From positions 224,473 to 256,472 of the forward strand of contig BAAFHK010000003.1 of NCBI GenBank assembly GCA_042852035.1: a DNA stretch of 32,000 nucleotides. Direction: 5' to 3'. This DNA is from Candidatus Saccharimonadota bacterium. GTDB taxonomy: Bacteria; Patescibacteriota; Gracilibacteria; BD1-5; UBA2023. Under the pieces are notes generated by a model. That model ran no database searches. It saw nothing but the letters and a program-made list of their open reading frames with translations, and had not been told where the DNA came from. This document shows positions 1 to 12,216 of this stretch, in pieces. The translations under genes were made by a program, and so were the position numbers. How positions within the stretch are numbered: the first letter of the stretch is position 1; every line of letters begins with the position of its first letter.

Positions 1-1
1 A

Positions 2-268
2 GCGCCCTTATTTTGATGTTGTTATGGCGACTGATATATAGAAGTACGAAATGATCTCCCAGAAAGAGTAAGAAAATTTGTGCGAGCACATGAGCTCTAT
101 CATCACTCAGATAGTGCAAATTGGTGATGATGGATTTGAAGAGAAATACGTGCAAACTTATTTCCTTGACTAAAGGATCCACTAGGTCTTGTTTCAACAA
201 TTATTCTTACATTAGTAACAAAGGAAAGAATCGCTTTTTATCTTGAAAGAGTGAGGAAAAGGTATTAG
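2..268 (+). CDS. Hypothetical protein, C-terminal fragment entering from the window edge (contains AHELYHH, an HExxH-like motif)
   Basis: Frame is open from the window edge to TAG at 266-268 once TGA is read as Gly. No family recognised beyond the HExxH-like string. Confidence 0.35.
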
Positions 269-333
269 ATTCCCCCAATTCCTAAAAATACTATATACTT
301 GCATAAATAAAAATATTATTGTATATTAATTTT

Positions 334-927
334 ATGCAACGTTTTTTTATTGTACTCTTTTCATTCCTAGTTTTGAGCTTCCCGCCTTCTCTATTTGCTT
401 ATAAAATTACCGAGCAAATAGGCGATAATGAATTTTGTAAAATCATAAAAGTAGATGATGGAGATACTTTTAGCCTTGATTGTAGTGGTCGACAATATCC
501 AAATGTACGACTTTTATGAGTCAATGCTCCTGATAAAAACCAAAAAGATGGAAAAAAGTCCTGCTTTTATTCTGAAGCAAAAAGGTATCTCGAAAATCGA
601 AAGGATCGACTCTATAAGGTTGAGTTTTATGGGAGCGATCTTTGCAAAGATCCGTATAAATGATGCCGAAATCTCGTGCGACTTATTGATCTTGAGGGGG
701 ATTTTGACTTGTGAGAACGTATGATAGAGAAAGGTTTTGCATTTAGCTGGACGAATTTCTCCGTGGTTCCTCAATCTATTCGTGCTGTATATAGTCAGAG
801 AGAGGTATTTGCATTTGAGAAATGACTCTGACTCTGGGGAAAATGTGAAGTCGAGTTTTACGACGATTCTCGTATGAACTCGAGCTATCCAGATAAGATG
901 ACATCATCGAGTAAGCGGTACGAATAA
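334..927 (+). CDS. Secreted thermonuclease (staphylococcal nuclease / SNase-like) family protein
   Basis: ATG at 334 (alternative TTG at 319), TAA at 925-927. Hydrophobic N-terminal signal-like segment FFIVLFSFLVLSF. Motifs VDDGDTF and VRLL-G-VNAPD, the G encoded by TGA, match the SNase RLxGIDAPE signature. Five in-frame TGA codons. Confidence 0.8.
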
Positions 928-948
928 CACGGAGTTTTCTATATATTT

Positions 949-1731
949 TTAATTATCCTCAGATGGATGAGGTGTCTTCTCTTTGGTTCATTCTCAATAG
1001 AATGACTGATATGCTACGAAAAGAATAAATGTACAAAGCGTAAAATATCACCCAATAATATCAATCATAAAATTCGATATCATATCGATTATAAAATTTC
1101 CCGTAAAGGAAAGGGTATCGAAATCTACAATGTAGAGTCAAAGTACAAGGTAATATACGAAACTTATAGCGAATCAGAGAATCAATGGAGTGAGAAAAAG
1201 CCCTAAGAGGATACTGAATGTTTTCCACCAACGCCCCATAATCAAGGATTTACTATGATTGCGTGCTTTTTCACCATCGACTCAAAAAAATAAGATGATA
1301 TACGTGATAAAACTCCAGTATGTTCCATAAATAACCCCTGGTACAATAAGAAGGAGTGTAAGGAGTCCAATCATAATACCCGTTATAAAGTTTGCCAGAA
1401 CTACTTTTCACCATGATTTGATGGCAATCTCAAGGGACTGTTTGATAGAAATAGTTTGTTTCTCAATTTTTCTGGTGATAAGCACTACGATTGCGAGAGT
1501 TGCAATAATTCCGATAAATTGTTCTAAATATCCAAGAATTCTAATATATTCCTTGAGAGATATTTCTGGGGAATTATTAAGAAAGAAGAGAAGTGTATCT
1601 ACTGGAATATATACAATAGCGAGAATGGTGATAATCTCACGAAAATTCTGAGTAAATAGATCCCAAGAAATGCCAATAATTCCTCAGAACGTGAGGGTAT
1701 CATCTTGAAATTTAATTTGAGGGAGATTCAT
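949..1731 (-). CDS. Multi-pass membrane protein, function unknown
   Basis: 261-codon code-25 ORF, ATG at 1731-1729 and TAA at 951-949. Several long hydrophobic stretches (IITILAIVYIPV, GIMIGLLTLLLIVPGVIYG, SILLGLFLTPLILGFAISFVYYLVLGLY). Confidence 0.6.
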
Positions 1732-1875
1732 AGTAAAGAGCTTATAAATTGAATATATCATAAATCCATTCTTTATCAAATTTGAGAGCCATCAGTGAGA
1801 AAAGTTTGAAATAAAATTTGCATTTTCCTCGGGTGTTGCTATAATCCGCGAGCGTTCCTTTTGTAGGGAATCCTT

Positions 1876-1951
1876 GCACCCATAGCTCAATTGGAAGAGT
1901 AGCGGTCTTCGAAACCGTTGGTTGTAGGTTCGAACCCTACTGGGTGCACCA
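1876..1951 (+). tRNA. tRNA-Arg (anticodon TCG), CCA encoded
   Basis: Hand-folded cloverleaf: acceptor GCACCCA/TGGGTGC, anticodon stem GCGGT/ACCGT with loop CTTCGAA, T arm GTAGG-TTCGAAC-CCTAC, discriminator A, CCA. Confidence 0.75.
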
Positions 1952-1977
1952 TAAAATCCTCATGGTTTCAGGTAAAT

Positions 1978-2061
1978 GCCCAGGTGGTGGAATGGTAGAC
2001 ACGTACGTTTGAGGTGCGTATGCCTTCGGGTGTGTGGGTTCAAGTCCCATCTTGGGCACCA
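1978..2061 (+). tRNA. tRNA-Leu (anticodon GAG), long variable arm, CCA encoded
   Basis: Acceptor GCCCAGG/CTTGGGC, Leu-type D arm GTGGAATGGTAGACAC, anticodon stem TACGT/GCGTA with loop TTGAGGT, long variable arm, T loop TTCAAGT. Confidence 0.7.
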
Positions 2062-2074
2062 TTCAAAAAAATTG

Positions 2075-2105
2075 AATCCCGTTTGAAAAAACGGGATTTT
2101 ATTTT
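2075..2105 (+). terminator. Rho-independent terminator after tRNA-Leu
   Basis: 8-bp stem AATCCCGT/ACGGGATT followed by TTTTATTTT. Confidence 0.6.
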
Positions 2106-2154
2106 CGGCTTGCTTTTTCCTCTTTTTTATTATAATGCCCGAGCACTCGAGTTT

Positions 2155-2232
2155 GGCACCATGGCAGAGTGGTCAATTGCAAGGGCCTGCAAAGCTCTAA
2201 AGTCATCGGTTCAAATCCGATTGGTGCCTCCA
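2155..2232 (+). tRNA. tRNA-Cys (anticodon GCA), CCA encoded
   Basis: Acceptor GGCACCA/TGGTGCC, anticodon stem AGGGC/GCTCT with loop CTGCAAA, T arm ATCGG-TTCAAAT-CCGAT, discriminator T, CCA. Confidence 0.7.
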
Positions 2233-2382
2233 TACCAACATTTTGGTCAATGAAATTTCTATAATTTTCTCCTACCATAGAAACCTATTAGGTAAAGCAA
2301 AGTTAAGAAATGGAAAATGACATAAGAAATAAGATGAATTGTAAAAACAGAGGAATAAACAAAAAATCTCCAACCTTTTGAT

Positions 2383-2401
2383 AGGGGGGAGATTTTTTTG
2401 A
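2383..2401. repeat. att-like core copy A (AGGGGGGAGATTTTTTTGA), putative attL of element A
   Basis: 19 of 19 nt identical to 12212-12230. The first 14 nt are identical to 16600-16613. The left flank AAAAAATCTCC can pair with GGAGATTTTTT. Confidence 0.55.
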
Positions 2402-2405
2402 GACT

Positions 2406-3152
2406 TTACTTTGCTTTATTTGCTAAATCTAATATCCATTTTTTAGTGATTACCATTAAATTCTTTTGTTTATAATTTTTATCAAGATACCAAACTCTCA
2501 AAGTTTCAGATGGTAAATTATAAATATCTAATAGCTCTTGTTTGGTGAGTTTTTGTTTGTTATATGTTGTGTTAGGTTTCTCACAAGCAATTTTTTTTAT
2601 TTCAGTCAAATCTTTATTGAGATCATCTATATAACTCTTATTTGCTTTTAGTTTTTTATATCATAAAGCATAGTTCTTATAATCATTTAAGAGCAGTCAG
2701 GTTATTTTATTACATCTTGTATCATAAAGTATTTGAATGTTATTACTTTGATTATTTTGTATATGATTTCATAGTTTTCTTAATAATCCTTCCCTCTTCT
2801 TCATTTTAATAATTCACTCAATGGCAATAGTATATGAGTAATTTGAATAAGTTGTTATATTATCAATGGTATCTGCTTTAATCCACATTCAAGCCTCATA
2901 TAATCCAGCAGCACAAATTAAAGGTGCTACTCATACTTTGGTAGCCTCTTTTAATGTCATTGTTGCTAACTCCAAAACTCATTCTTTAACAATTTCAGCA
3001 TCATCATTACTATATAATGCTTCTGCTAATCATAAATAAGGAACACAATCCTTTGCAACATCATTTGTGTATTCTGTTGCAGTTTTTGCATAGAGATTAT
3101 TTGAAGCAACTAAAATGATAAAAGAAATTACTATTAGAAATATTTTTTTCAT
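2406..3152 (-). CDS. Secreted hypothetical protein
   Basis: 249-codon code-25 ORF, ATG at 3152 and TAA at 2408-2406. N-terminal signal-like MKKIFLIVISFIILVASNNLYA. Nine in-frame TGA codons. Confidence 0.55.
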
Positions 3153-3177
3153 AATAAAGAGATTAAAAAAATAAGAC

Positions 3178-3480
3178 CTAACTTTTATAAAATTTATAAA
3201 GTTGGTAAGGAATAAGAAGAGAGCCTATAAGCATAGATAAACATAATTTTAAGAAGTTCCAAAATAACCAGAACCACCAAGTTCCAACAAGACCTATTGT
3301 TTGAGGCTTGTGTTGATTAATAAAACTCCATCAGAGAGGAATTCAAGTAAATCAATAAACAGCAAGAATAGTTTCAGAAGAAGGGTTTCCTTGTTGTAAT
3401 GAGGACATTAATCAAATTATTCAAAAGACTAGTCATAACCATAGAGGTTTGAGTAAGTCCCAATTTCTTTTTTTATTCAT
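3178..3480 (-). CDS. Small membrane protein, function unknown
   Basis: 101-codon code-25 ORF directly upstream of 2406-3152 on the same strand. Trp-rich hydrophobic segments (LWLGLVFGIIGLM, GLVGTWWFWLFWNFL). Confidence 0.5.
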
Positions 3481-3489
3481 AAAATATAA

Positions 3490-3865
3490 AAAGGTTAATG
3501 TTAAATGGATAACATCAACCTTTAAAAGAAATCAGCACTAAAAAAGGAGGATATATCCTAGTGAGTGCTGATTTCACATTTACATCTTCTAATAGTAGAG
3601 GAGGTTGGATATACCCTCCTTGTTTACTACTATTAAAAAGACATCAAATTAGAAATTTGAGCAAGAAAAAAAGATGTTTTTGTGAAATCAGCCTGTGTAT
3701 TCTATTTAAAGTTTCTTGTATTGCAAGAGCATACAGGGATTAATATATCAAAAATACCAAACAAAATAGAAAAAGAAATATAACTGCAAAATATAAAACT
3801 CTTCAAATAAAAGACAATGTAGTATTTCCAATCTCCACATTGCTTTTATTTTTTATAAGAGTTTT
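3490..3865. other. Non-coding cluster of five large hairpins
   Basis: Stems read directly: 3490-3523; 3528-3575 (12-bp perfect stem GAAATCAGCACT/AGTGCTGATTTC with an inner AGGATATATCCT palindrome); about 3593-3632; 3692-3738; 3795-3865 (three stem segments of 9, 8 and 6 bp). Confidence 0.5.
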
Positions 3866-3900
3866 TGAGATAGTTTTGCATATTTCTTAACTTTCTATTT

Positions 3901-4212
3901 ATGCTTACTTCTATTTTTTGAAATACTATTACCTTCTCTTTTAATACCCCTGTATCTGAAACAGGATTTTTATCAGAGAACTTTGATCTCACTAAAAAAT
4001 CTGCTTATGCTACAATTTGAATACAAGATTTGTTAAAATTCAAAAATGATATTCAACTACAATTTATCCTTTCTAAAATATTTTCTGCTATTAATGAAAC
4101 TGCAAAAATTCAAAAATTAGATTATTTCCAAAATATCAACATAAATTGAAATGATGTATGGTGCATAGATGATGGAAATACTATTTGTCTTATGTTAAAA
4201 GAGGAGTATTAA
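3901..4212 (+). CDS. Hypothetical protein (103 aa)
   Basis: Code-25 ORF from ATG 3901 to TAA 4210-4212, followed immediately by a terminator hairpin. No family recognised. Confidence 0.4.
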
Positions 4213-4233
4213 GCTCCTCTTTTTGCTTTTTTT
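4200..4233 (+). terminator. Rho-independent terminator
   Basis: Stem AGAGGAG/CTCCTCT followed by TTTTGCTTTTTTT. Confidence 0.6.
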
Positions 4234-4278
4234 CAATTTTTCATATAATCTAGGCAATTTTACTAATAAGTTAAGAAA

Positions 4279-6270
4279 ATGGCTCTAAATCAACAAGAAA
4301 AAGAATTTCTATTGCAACTTATTAATGAATGAAAAGATATACCAGAAGATTTCAAATATAAACTTTTTCCTACTCTACAAAAGGAGTATGAGTTAAGTTA
4401 TGCAGGTAAGATGAGAAAAGAAGATCTTTTTGCTAATGAAGATGGTGTTTTTCCTGTTCCACTTCAAGTAGAAAAAACTTTTAATTGAAATGAATATAAA
4501 TGATTTGAAGATGGATGGAAAAATATGATCGTGTTTTGAGATAATTTACAATTCTTAAAAACAATTTATGAGAATAAAGATGATACCATTAAAGATAAGA
4601 TTAAAGGAAAAGTGCAATTAATATATATTGACCCACCATTTGCAACTACTGATGAATTCCAAAATAAAGAATGAGCTAAGGCTTATAATGATAAAAAAAT
4701 AGGGTCTGAATTTATTGAATTTCTTAGAAGAAGACTACTGATTGCAAGAGAAATACTTAGTGATAAGGGGGTAATATATATTCATCTGGATTGGAAAATG
4801 TCTCAATATATCAAAATAGTTTTAGATGAAATATTTTGAAAAAATAATTTTAGAAATGAAATTGCTTGGTGTTATAGTTGACCTTGAAAAAGCAGTAAAT
4901 CTTTTATAAGAAAACATGATACAATTTTATTTTATGCAAAAAATTGGAAAGAAAGCACTTTTAATATACAAAGAATAGAGCATAAATCATGAATTCATAA
5001 TAGAGGAGCATATCTATGAAAGGAAAATGAAGATGCATGAGAACTTGTTGAAAAACTTGAAGAAGAATGAAAGAGATTAGAAGATTGGTGGACTGATATA
5101 TATACTGCAGACAGAAAAAGAAATGAACTAATCTGATACCCTACACAGAAACCAGAAGCACTATTAGAGAGAATAATTATGGCAAGTTCTAATGAGTGAG
5201 ACATAGTTATGGATTTTTTTGGAGGCTCATGAACTACAATGGCTGTTGCAGAGAAATTATGAAGAAAATGGATTAGTTGTGATTTATGAAAACTAGCCTA
5301 TTTTACAGAACAAAAAAGAATACTTACTATTCAAGATAGTAAATCCCTATTAGATGAAAAGAAAAACTATTGAAAAAAAGCAAGGAGTTTTATGACCTGC
5401 ACTCTATGAATGTATAACTTGAAGGATACTCTTGATTTAGAATGGAGTAAGTATAAAGAATTTGTAGGAACACTTTTTGATATAGATATTAAAACTACTA
5501 CTATTTGATGAGTTGAATTTGATGGGAAAAAGTGATCTGCTCCTGTAAAAATGTGGGACTATAATAAGCATAAGGATGCAAATGTTGATGAAACATATAT
5601 TAATACACTTCATCAGTCTATTAAGGCAAAAACAAGTAGAGTTTATATTGTTGCCCCTGCAAATAATATAGGTTTTATTAGTGATTATTTTGAAATAGAT
5701 GGAACAAGATACTATTTCTTAAAAATACCTTATCAGGTTATAAAAGAACTTCATAAAAAATCATTTCATAAAATTAGACAACCACAAAGTAAGAAGAATG
5801 TAAATGATCTTGAAGAAGCAATAGGCTTTCACTTTATCAAGAAACCAGAAGTAAAATCAAAAATAGTTGTTTCTAATGATGAAATATGTGTAGAAATTTC
5901 AGAGTTTAGAAGTCAGTATTATAAAGATGAAGAATGAAAAATATTAGAAAATTTTGAAACTCTATCTGCTGTTTTTATAGATGCTAATTTTAATGGAGAT
6001 CAGTTTATAATGACAGATGTAAAATTTGCTGATGATTTATTGTCAAAGAAGAAAAAAGGTAAGAAGGTAGATGAAGATGAAGAGATTGATGCAGAATTAG
6101 ATGAAGATGAAGAAGGGGTAAGTAATGAAGAGATTAGAGCAGAATTAAAAGAAACAGCAAATAAAGGATTAAAAATAATACTTCCAAGAAAAAAAGTAGG
6201 AGATAAAGTAATGCTTATCTATACAGATATTTATGGGAATGATTTTACAGAAATACTAACAGTCAATTAA
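4279..6270 (+). CDS. mod: Type III restriction-modification DNA methyltransferase (Mod, beta-class amino-methyltransferase)
   Basis: 663-aa code-25 ORF. Motif IV IYIDPPF comes before motif I DFFGGS-G-TT. Also I-G-YPTQKPEALLERII and F-G-DNLQFLK, with the G residues encoded by TGA. Acidic low-complexity C-terminal tail. The next gene starts 1 nt after the stop. Confidence 0.85.
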
Positions 6271-6271
6271 T

Positions 6272-8872
6272 ATGCAAGATATACATATTTTTAGAAATCA
6301 AGACCTAGTCTTAAAAGTTAATCCTACTTATGATCCTACAAAATTAAGATTAAAAGAATGGGATAGTTTTTTAGATAAACTTTGTTGAGATAGAGATTAT
6401 CAGAAAGAAGCAATAAAGCAGGTGATTATCTTTATGGTGTGAGGAAAATATAAAAAAATAGAGGATTTAGCAGAGGAGAATTATAAAAATAATCCTGAAC
6501 TACAAATAAAATATTCATCTCTTGAAGATTATTTACATAAATTACAAATTCAGGGAAAGTTATTTGCTAATATTGATCTTGCCACCTGAACTGGAAAATC
6601 TTATGTAATGTATGGTATAGCACAAATAATGTTGGGATTATGAGTTGTAGACAGAGTATTGCTACTTTGTCCCTCTTTGACTATTGAAGCAGGGTTAAAA
6701 GAAAAATTTGAAAGTTTAAGTTGAAACCAGCAACTAAAAGATGCTATACCTGAAAACTCCATAATAAAAAATCCAAGAATTATTGATGCAAACCAAACCA
6801 TTAAAAGCGGAGATATATGTATAGAAAACATACATGCAGTATATGAAAAAACAGGATCTTCTATACAAGATAGTCTAAAATGAACTGGCAGTAATGTATT
6901 AGTTCTTAATGATGAATCACACCATATTTTTAATAAATCTTCTGATAAAGATGTTAAAAAATGGAAGGAGTTTTTAACTAATGATGATTTTTGATTTCAG
7001 TATATAGTTTGATTTACAGGAACAGCATATATTGATAATAACTATTTCAATGATGTTATATATAGATTTTCATTAAGAGAAGCAATAGAAAATAAGTTTG
7101 TGAAAAGTATTGAGTATGTAGCAAAAGATGATAGTATTTGAAAATGAGAAAAATTTCAAAAGATCCATCAAAACCATATTGATAATATAGATAGATACCC
7201 AAAGATTAAACCTCTTACTATTCTGATTACAGCAGATATTGAAAAAGCAGAAGAATTAAAAGATGATTTAGTTGAGTTCTTGATGCAAAAAGAGAATAAA
7301 AGTAAAGAACAGATAGAAGAAAAGGTTTTAATTATCACTTCTCATAAAGATCATAAAAGTAATTTACTAAAACTAAAAACAGTTGATAGCAAAGAAAATA
7401 AAACTGAATGGATTATATCAGTTTCTATGTTAAGTGAAGGTTGGGATGTAAAAAATGTTTTTCAAATTGTTCCTTGGGAAGATAGGGCATTTAATTCAAA
7501 ACTACTTATATCACAAGTTTTATGAAGAGGTTTAAGAGTGCCACCAGAATATGAATTACCACAACCAAAAGTGATAGTATTTAATCATGATGCTTGGAGT
7601 AGAAATATCATAGAACTTGTAAATGAAGTGTTGGAGATTGAAAAAAGAGTGGTAAGTGAGGTGCTTGATAGTTGAGACAGAAGTAAATATAATTTTGAAG
7701 TATTTAATCTAGATTATTCAAAAGAAGAAGTGGAAGTTGAATTAGAAACAAAAGAAAGTGTGATGAATTTTAGTAGAATATTTAATGAATGAATTAAATT
7801 GGAAGCACAGGTTGAGGAAATAGAAAAATGAACTGTATTTGAGAGTTTAGGTTGAACTCAATCCCAGAGAGAAAAAAATTACTTGATTGAATATGCAACA
7901 ACTTCTGTTGATGATATAGTAGATAAAATCTATTCTGAATTTGAAATGAGGGATTGGGAATGAAAAGTGCTACAACTTAATCAAGAACAATATACTCAAA
8001 ATAATCTACCTCCTAGAACAGTAATTAAGGAAATTATTATAAAATCAATGCAAAAACTCTGAATTAAGGGGGAAAGATTGATAGAAAAAAATAAAAATCA
8101 TATCCTTTCAGGATTTTGAACTTTATTAAGAAAAAAGAATAAAACAGTTATTACAAAACTTAAAGTCAATGATCCTATACTAATAAAAACCATAGAAGTA
8201 GATAGAGAAAGTTTAGGAATTTGAAATTTTAGAAAAGATTGCACTGTATTTCTGACAACAAACTATTTACAGGAAGTAAATGAAGAACAAGGTGCTATTC
8301 TTTCTGAATTAAGTGAAGATGAAAGCCTCCCTAGAAGTGCAATCAAAGAGCAGAATGAGTATTTATTTAAAACACCCCTTAATGTTATCTTAACAAAATG
8401 AGAACCTGAAAGAAAATTTATTGAAGGTTTATGTAAGCAAGATGTTGTTGAAAAAATTAATTGTTGGATTAAATCGAGAGATAGAGGCTTTTATGGTATA
8501 GAGTATAGTTTGAGATATTGAGATAAATGAAGTAATACAAGGAGATATACAAATAAAAAATTTAACCCTGATTTCTTTATTCAAATACAAAAAGAAGATA
8601 TAAAATATACTCTTGTTATTGAAACAAAGATGGATTGAGATGATAGTGAAGAGAACAAAGCAAAATATAAATATGCATTAGAACATTTTAATAGATTAAA
8701 TGAAGAACTAGAACAGAGAGGAATAAATGAAAAATACATTTTTCATTTTCTTAGCCCCCAATGATATTCAACATTTTTTGAATATTTAAAAGATGGAAGA
8801 ATATTGGAAGGACAAGAAAAGTATAGGTGTGCTCTTGAAAATAGCCTAGAAAATAATGAAGAGGAGCTATAA
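6272..8872 (+). CDS. res: Type III restriction enzyme Res subunit (SF2 helicase plus C-terminal PD-(D/E)xK nuclease)
   Basis: 866-aa code-25 ORF. Walker A DLAT-G-TGKS, DEAH-type box NDESHH, MLSEGWDV, QVL-G-RGLR. C-terminal NPDFFI ... LVIETK nuclease motif. Translationally coupled to mod. Confidence 0.85.
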
Positions 8873-9619
8873 TAAGGAAATTGCATACTTCCCTGTAAAG
8901 TTTTCTTTTAGGATTTCTTCATATTTTTCTTTTTTATAATCCCAACAAGACACAATCAAAATAAGGTTCTTTTCTCTAAACAGAGGAAAGAACTTTTTAT
9001 TATTCTTTCTAGTATTCATATCTTCATATCCTAGTACTTTCTGATGAAACTGTTTGTATGAGTTCATATTTTCTAATTCAAGACAATAGGCTGTATTTCA
9101 GATACTTAATAGTAAATCTGGTATCATAACAAAATCTAGATATTCATATTTAGTTTCAGGATTTTTTAACTCTGTTTGAAGTATTTTTTGGATTGTTTTT
9201 GATCCTGTAAAATATTCTGCTTTCAATACAAAATCCTTATTTTTATTTCTAATCTTTCATAGGAAATAAACAAAGAGATCTCATAATAGTAGTTGATGAT
9301 TATATAGGGTATAACTGGTATTATAAATTGATGGTTCATATTTTATTCAGGTCTCATAATAAATCCTGTTTAGGACTATTTCAGTAGTATTTAGCATATA
9401 AATACTATACTGGCTTATACTTTTATATTCTTGTTTCAGTTCTTTTATAAATCAATGCTTTTTCAGGAGGAGTAGCCTTATATTAAAGGTTTTATGTTGG
9501 GTTTCTGGACTAACAATATTTTTTAGATTTCTAGAACTACAAAATCATAATTCATTTAAAGTATGAAATATTAACAAGTCCCTAGGTGTTAAAACTATAT
9601 TTTCTCTGGTTTTATTCAT
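8867..9619 (-). CDS. Replication-relaxation (Replic_Relax)-like protein: N-terminal wHTH plus PD...ELE nuclease-like motif
   Basis: 250-aa code-25 ORF. N-terminus LTPRDLLIFHTLNELGFCSSRNL resembles the family as I recall it. IPDLLL...CLELEN motif. Its ATG overlaps the stop of the upstream ATPase gene. Confidence 0.45.
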
Positions 9620-11066
9620 ACTTTTCTCAATTAGATTTTAAAAGTTTCTGTATATTTTGATCTCAAATATTTAAAGACTGTGTTAATATGCTTAAAGTTC
9701 AGTGGTTAATAGTGTCAAAAACAGAATAGAACTCTCATCTTTTGAGATTAACAATATCTTTTTCACTTATTGCAAACTTTTGCTCTAATCAAGAATTGGT
9801 AATAGGAACAAATAACTCTGCCTGTTCTGGTGGTAATGCAAAAATAAGTGAATAACTCAAATTATTTAGTAAATCCTGTAATTCTCTACTGATACTCTGG
9901 AATATAAACAACATATTTATTTTTTTCTTCCTGTGTTCATTTAGTATTTTCTCTAAAATATCTAACATATGATTTTTACTACCTTGGAGTTCGAGAAAAC
10001 TTTGAAATTCATCACAAGTATAATAATGGCTTCATAAGTTGGGATTATTATGATTTTTACCTGCTCCAATGTGATATAAAATGTTTGTAAGGAAAGATAT
10101 TACTACTCTTCTTTCTTGGGTATTGAATACTGAAAAATCAAATAGATATACTTCTGTTTGTTTCTTTTCTCAACTCATATAGTGTTCTATGTCCAATGTA
10201 AGTTCTTTATAACTTTTTCAATATCCAAAAGTATCTCCTAATCAAAAACTAAAATCTTTCAATTTTGTTAAACTGGTAATATGAGACTGTTTATCTACTT
10301 GAAGATCTTTAAGAAAAGTTTTTAACTCTTGGTCTACTCCATTTGCAAGTTGGAGTATGTCAGAATGAGTAGAAGAAAATAGTTTTTTTCTATCTTCATC
10401 AAGATAAGTAGGAAGTTTCTGGCATCTACTGGTATAATCTAACAAATCATATAAATCCCTATAAGATAATAAAACATTGTCAGGATCTCTATGGTATCTT
10501 TCTATATTGATAACTATAAAACTTCTTATAAGTCCCTCTAATACTTTTGTGTTTGAGGGTCAGAAAGCAGAGTAGTTAAATACTCATTTCAAAGAGGAGA
10601 TATTATAGTTTACCCATTTATTTAAGTCTGTAATATCTTCTACAAGAGACAAAGCAAATAGTGGATTAAAGAAAAATGTTTTATCCATATAAAACCCTCT
10701 ATATTTTTTATTATTTTCAATAGTTTCATTGGAAAATCTAAAAATATCTCAATATCTGCTTAATTTTGGATTATCTATTAAGTATTCTCATAAAAGATTT
10801 AACAAAGGATTTATAAATGAGTTATGGGGATCAATACAAACAAAAGTATCTCCATACTTTGTATTATCTGGTTGAGACTGTTGTAAAATTGAAGATTTTA
10901 TAGTAGAAAATAGGGTAGATACTAAACTGTATGTTTTGCCACTTCAAGATTTTCAGAATATTCATCAATGACCGGATTTTAAAATATTGTAGTTGAGTGA
11001 TAAAAGTGCTTTATCTTCTAGTATATGGGACTTCTGGACTGTCCCTATGGGTATAATGTGAGACAT
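9612..11066 (-). CDS. Type IV coupling protein-like ATPase (VirD4/TraG/TraD family), no obvious N-terminal TM segment
   Basis: 484-aa code-25 ORF. Walker A GKSGSGKT. Walker B and TraG-D_C-like region YYTCDEFQSFLE ... HRKKKINMLFIFQS. Confidence 0.6.
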
Positions 11067-11142
11067 AGTATAGGCTGGTTAAGTGATATGTTATATTGTA
11101 TTAATAAAAATTAAGATTTTTGATTAAATTACATTCAAAAAA

Positions 11143-12003
11143 TCATGAACTAGGTAAAATTATGGCTTTATCCTGAATAGTTCCTGAAATATGGGAAAGT
11201 GGTAAAAATAGCCCTTGTGATAATAGTGCTTCCGGTTGAAGTAGTCTTTTATACTGTGGTATATAATCTAAAAATGTTTTATATTCAGTTATTGAGTAGG
11301 AATTATACAGAGATGCATATAGTCCAAGGTTCTTATACAAAATACTTTTAATATCCCTATATTGCAGGTTATGTGATATATTAAATTGAAATAGAAACAT
11401 GTTCTGGCTTTCAGTAAAAGAACTTATAAAACTCTCCTGCTCCTTTTCATTCATATTTTTACTTTTCTGGGTATATAAATAATCCTTTACTAATGATGAA
11501 TAAGATCCCTTTGAGAATGAAAAGAGTATTTTAATAACTTCATTTTCATTAATGAAGGGCAATATTTCCTGTATGAATGAACTTTTTATAGATGAGGAGG
11601 TTGTAAAGTCTCAGGCTCATAAAGCACCAAGTTTCTTAATTTGTAATACAGAGTGGTTATTAAGTCAGATTTTATAAATATGCTTGTATGATTGTCTTAA
11701 TATGAAATCCCTTTTTATGTCTATTGAAAAACTGATCTTTCAGTTGTAGAGTTTGATAAAAAACTGCATTATATAATTAATACCTTCAAGACTATTAGAA
11801 AATATATATTCATCTATAAAAACTCTATTTTTAGCCTGATAGCAATGTGTTTCCATTCAAAACCATAGATGAGGGAGGTAGAAAGCATTTAAATCATTCT
11901 TGATGGAATTTATAAGGTTTTCTCAAAAGTTGGTTCAAGGATTGATTTTTAAATAGAAAAGTTGATGCTCTGGAAAATATGGAATATTTGAAATTTGAAA
12001 CAT
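11143..12003 (-). CDS. Hypothetical protein (286 aa), first gene of the minus-strand mobilisation operon
   Basis: Code-25 ORF from ATG 12003 to TGA-free stop at 11143. No family recognised. Confidence 0.45.
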
Positions 12004-12088
12004 GGAGATCAAAATTAATAAAACAAATAATCATTATATTAATTTTTAGAAACTATGGATTATGTCATTGTATATTCTTCATTACCTA

Positions 12089-12216
12089 CCCCTGTAATTT
12101 TTAGACTTTCTTTTATTTAAAAGGAAAAGAGCCTAATAGGTCATAACTTAAAACTTATGACCTATTAGGCTCTAACCACACCTTATTTATAGTGGAAAGT
12201 CTAAAAATTACAGGGG
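12089..12216. repeat. Nested perfect palindromes (22-bp outer arms, 19-bp inner hairpin)
   Basis: Outer arms CCCCTGTAATTTTTAGACTTTC (12089-12110) and GAAAGTCTAAAAATTACAGGGG (12195-12216). Inner arms AGAGCCTAATAGGTCATAA (12128-12146) and TTATGACCTATTAGGCTCT (12155-12173). Confidence 0.85.

Noticed and set aside
2014-2253. 79-aa plus-strand ORF from the track
   Set aside because: It is assembled from tRNA-Leu, a terminator and tRNA-Cys sequence, so it is not coding.
2283-2292. ACCTATTAGG shared with the inner palindrome arm at 12160-12169
   Set aside because: This is a single 10-nt match in AT-rich DNA without extended flanking similarity, which is not enough to call a repeat.
3561-3743. 60-aa plus-strand ORF from the track
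   Set aside because: It lies entirely within consecutive hairpin arms, has an implausible composition and no start context. It is treated as structured non-coding DNA.
11590-11625. Possible fourth att-like site (GAGACTTTACAACCTCC resembles GAGATTTTACAACAAG at copy C)
   Set aside because: It lacks the G6 run and lies inside a well-supported ORF. The similarity is short and probably coincidental.
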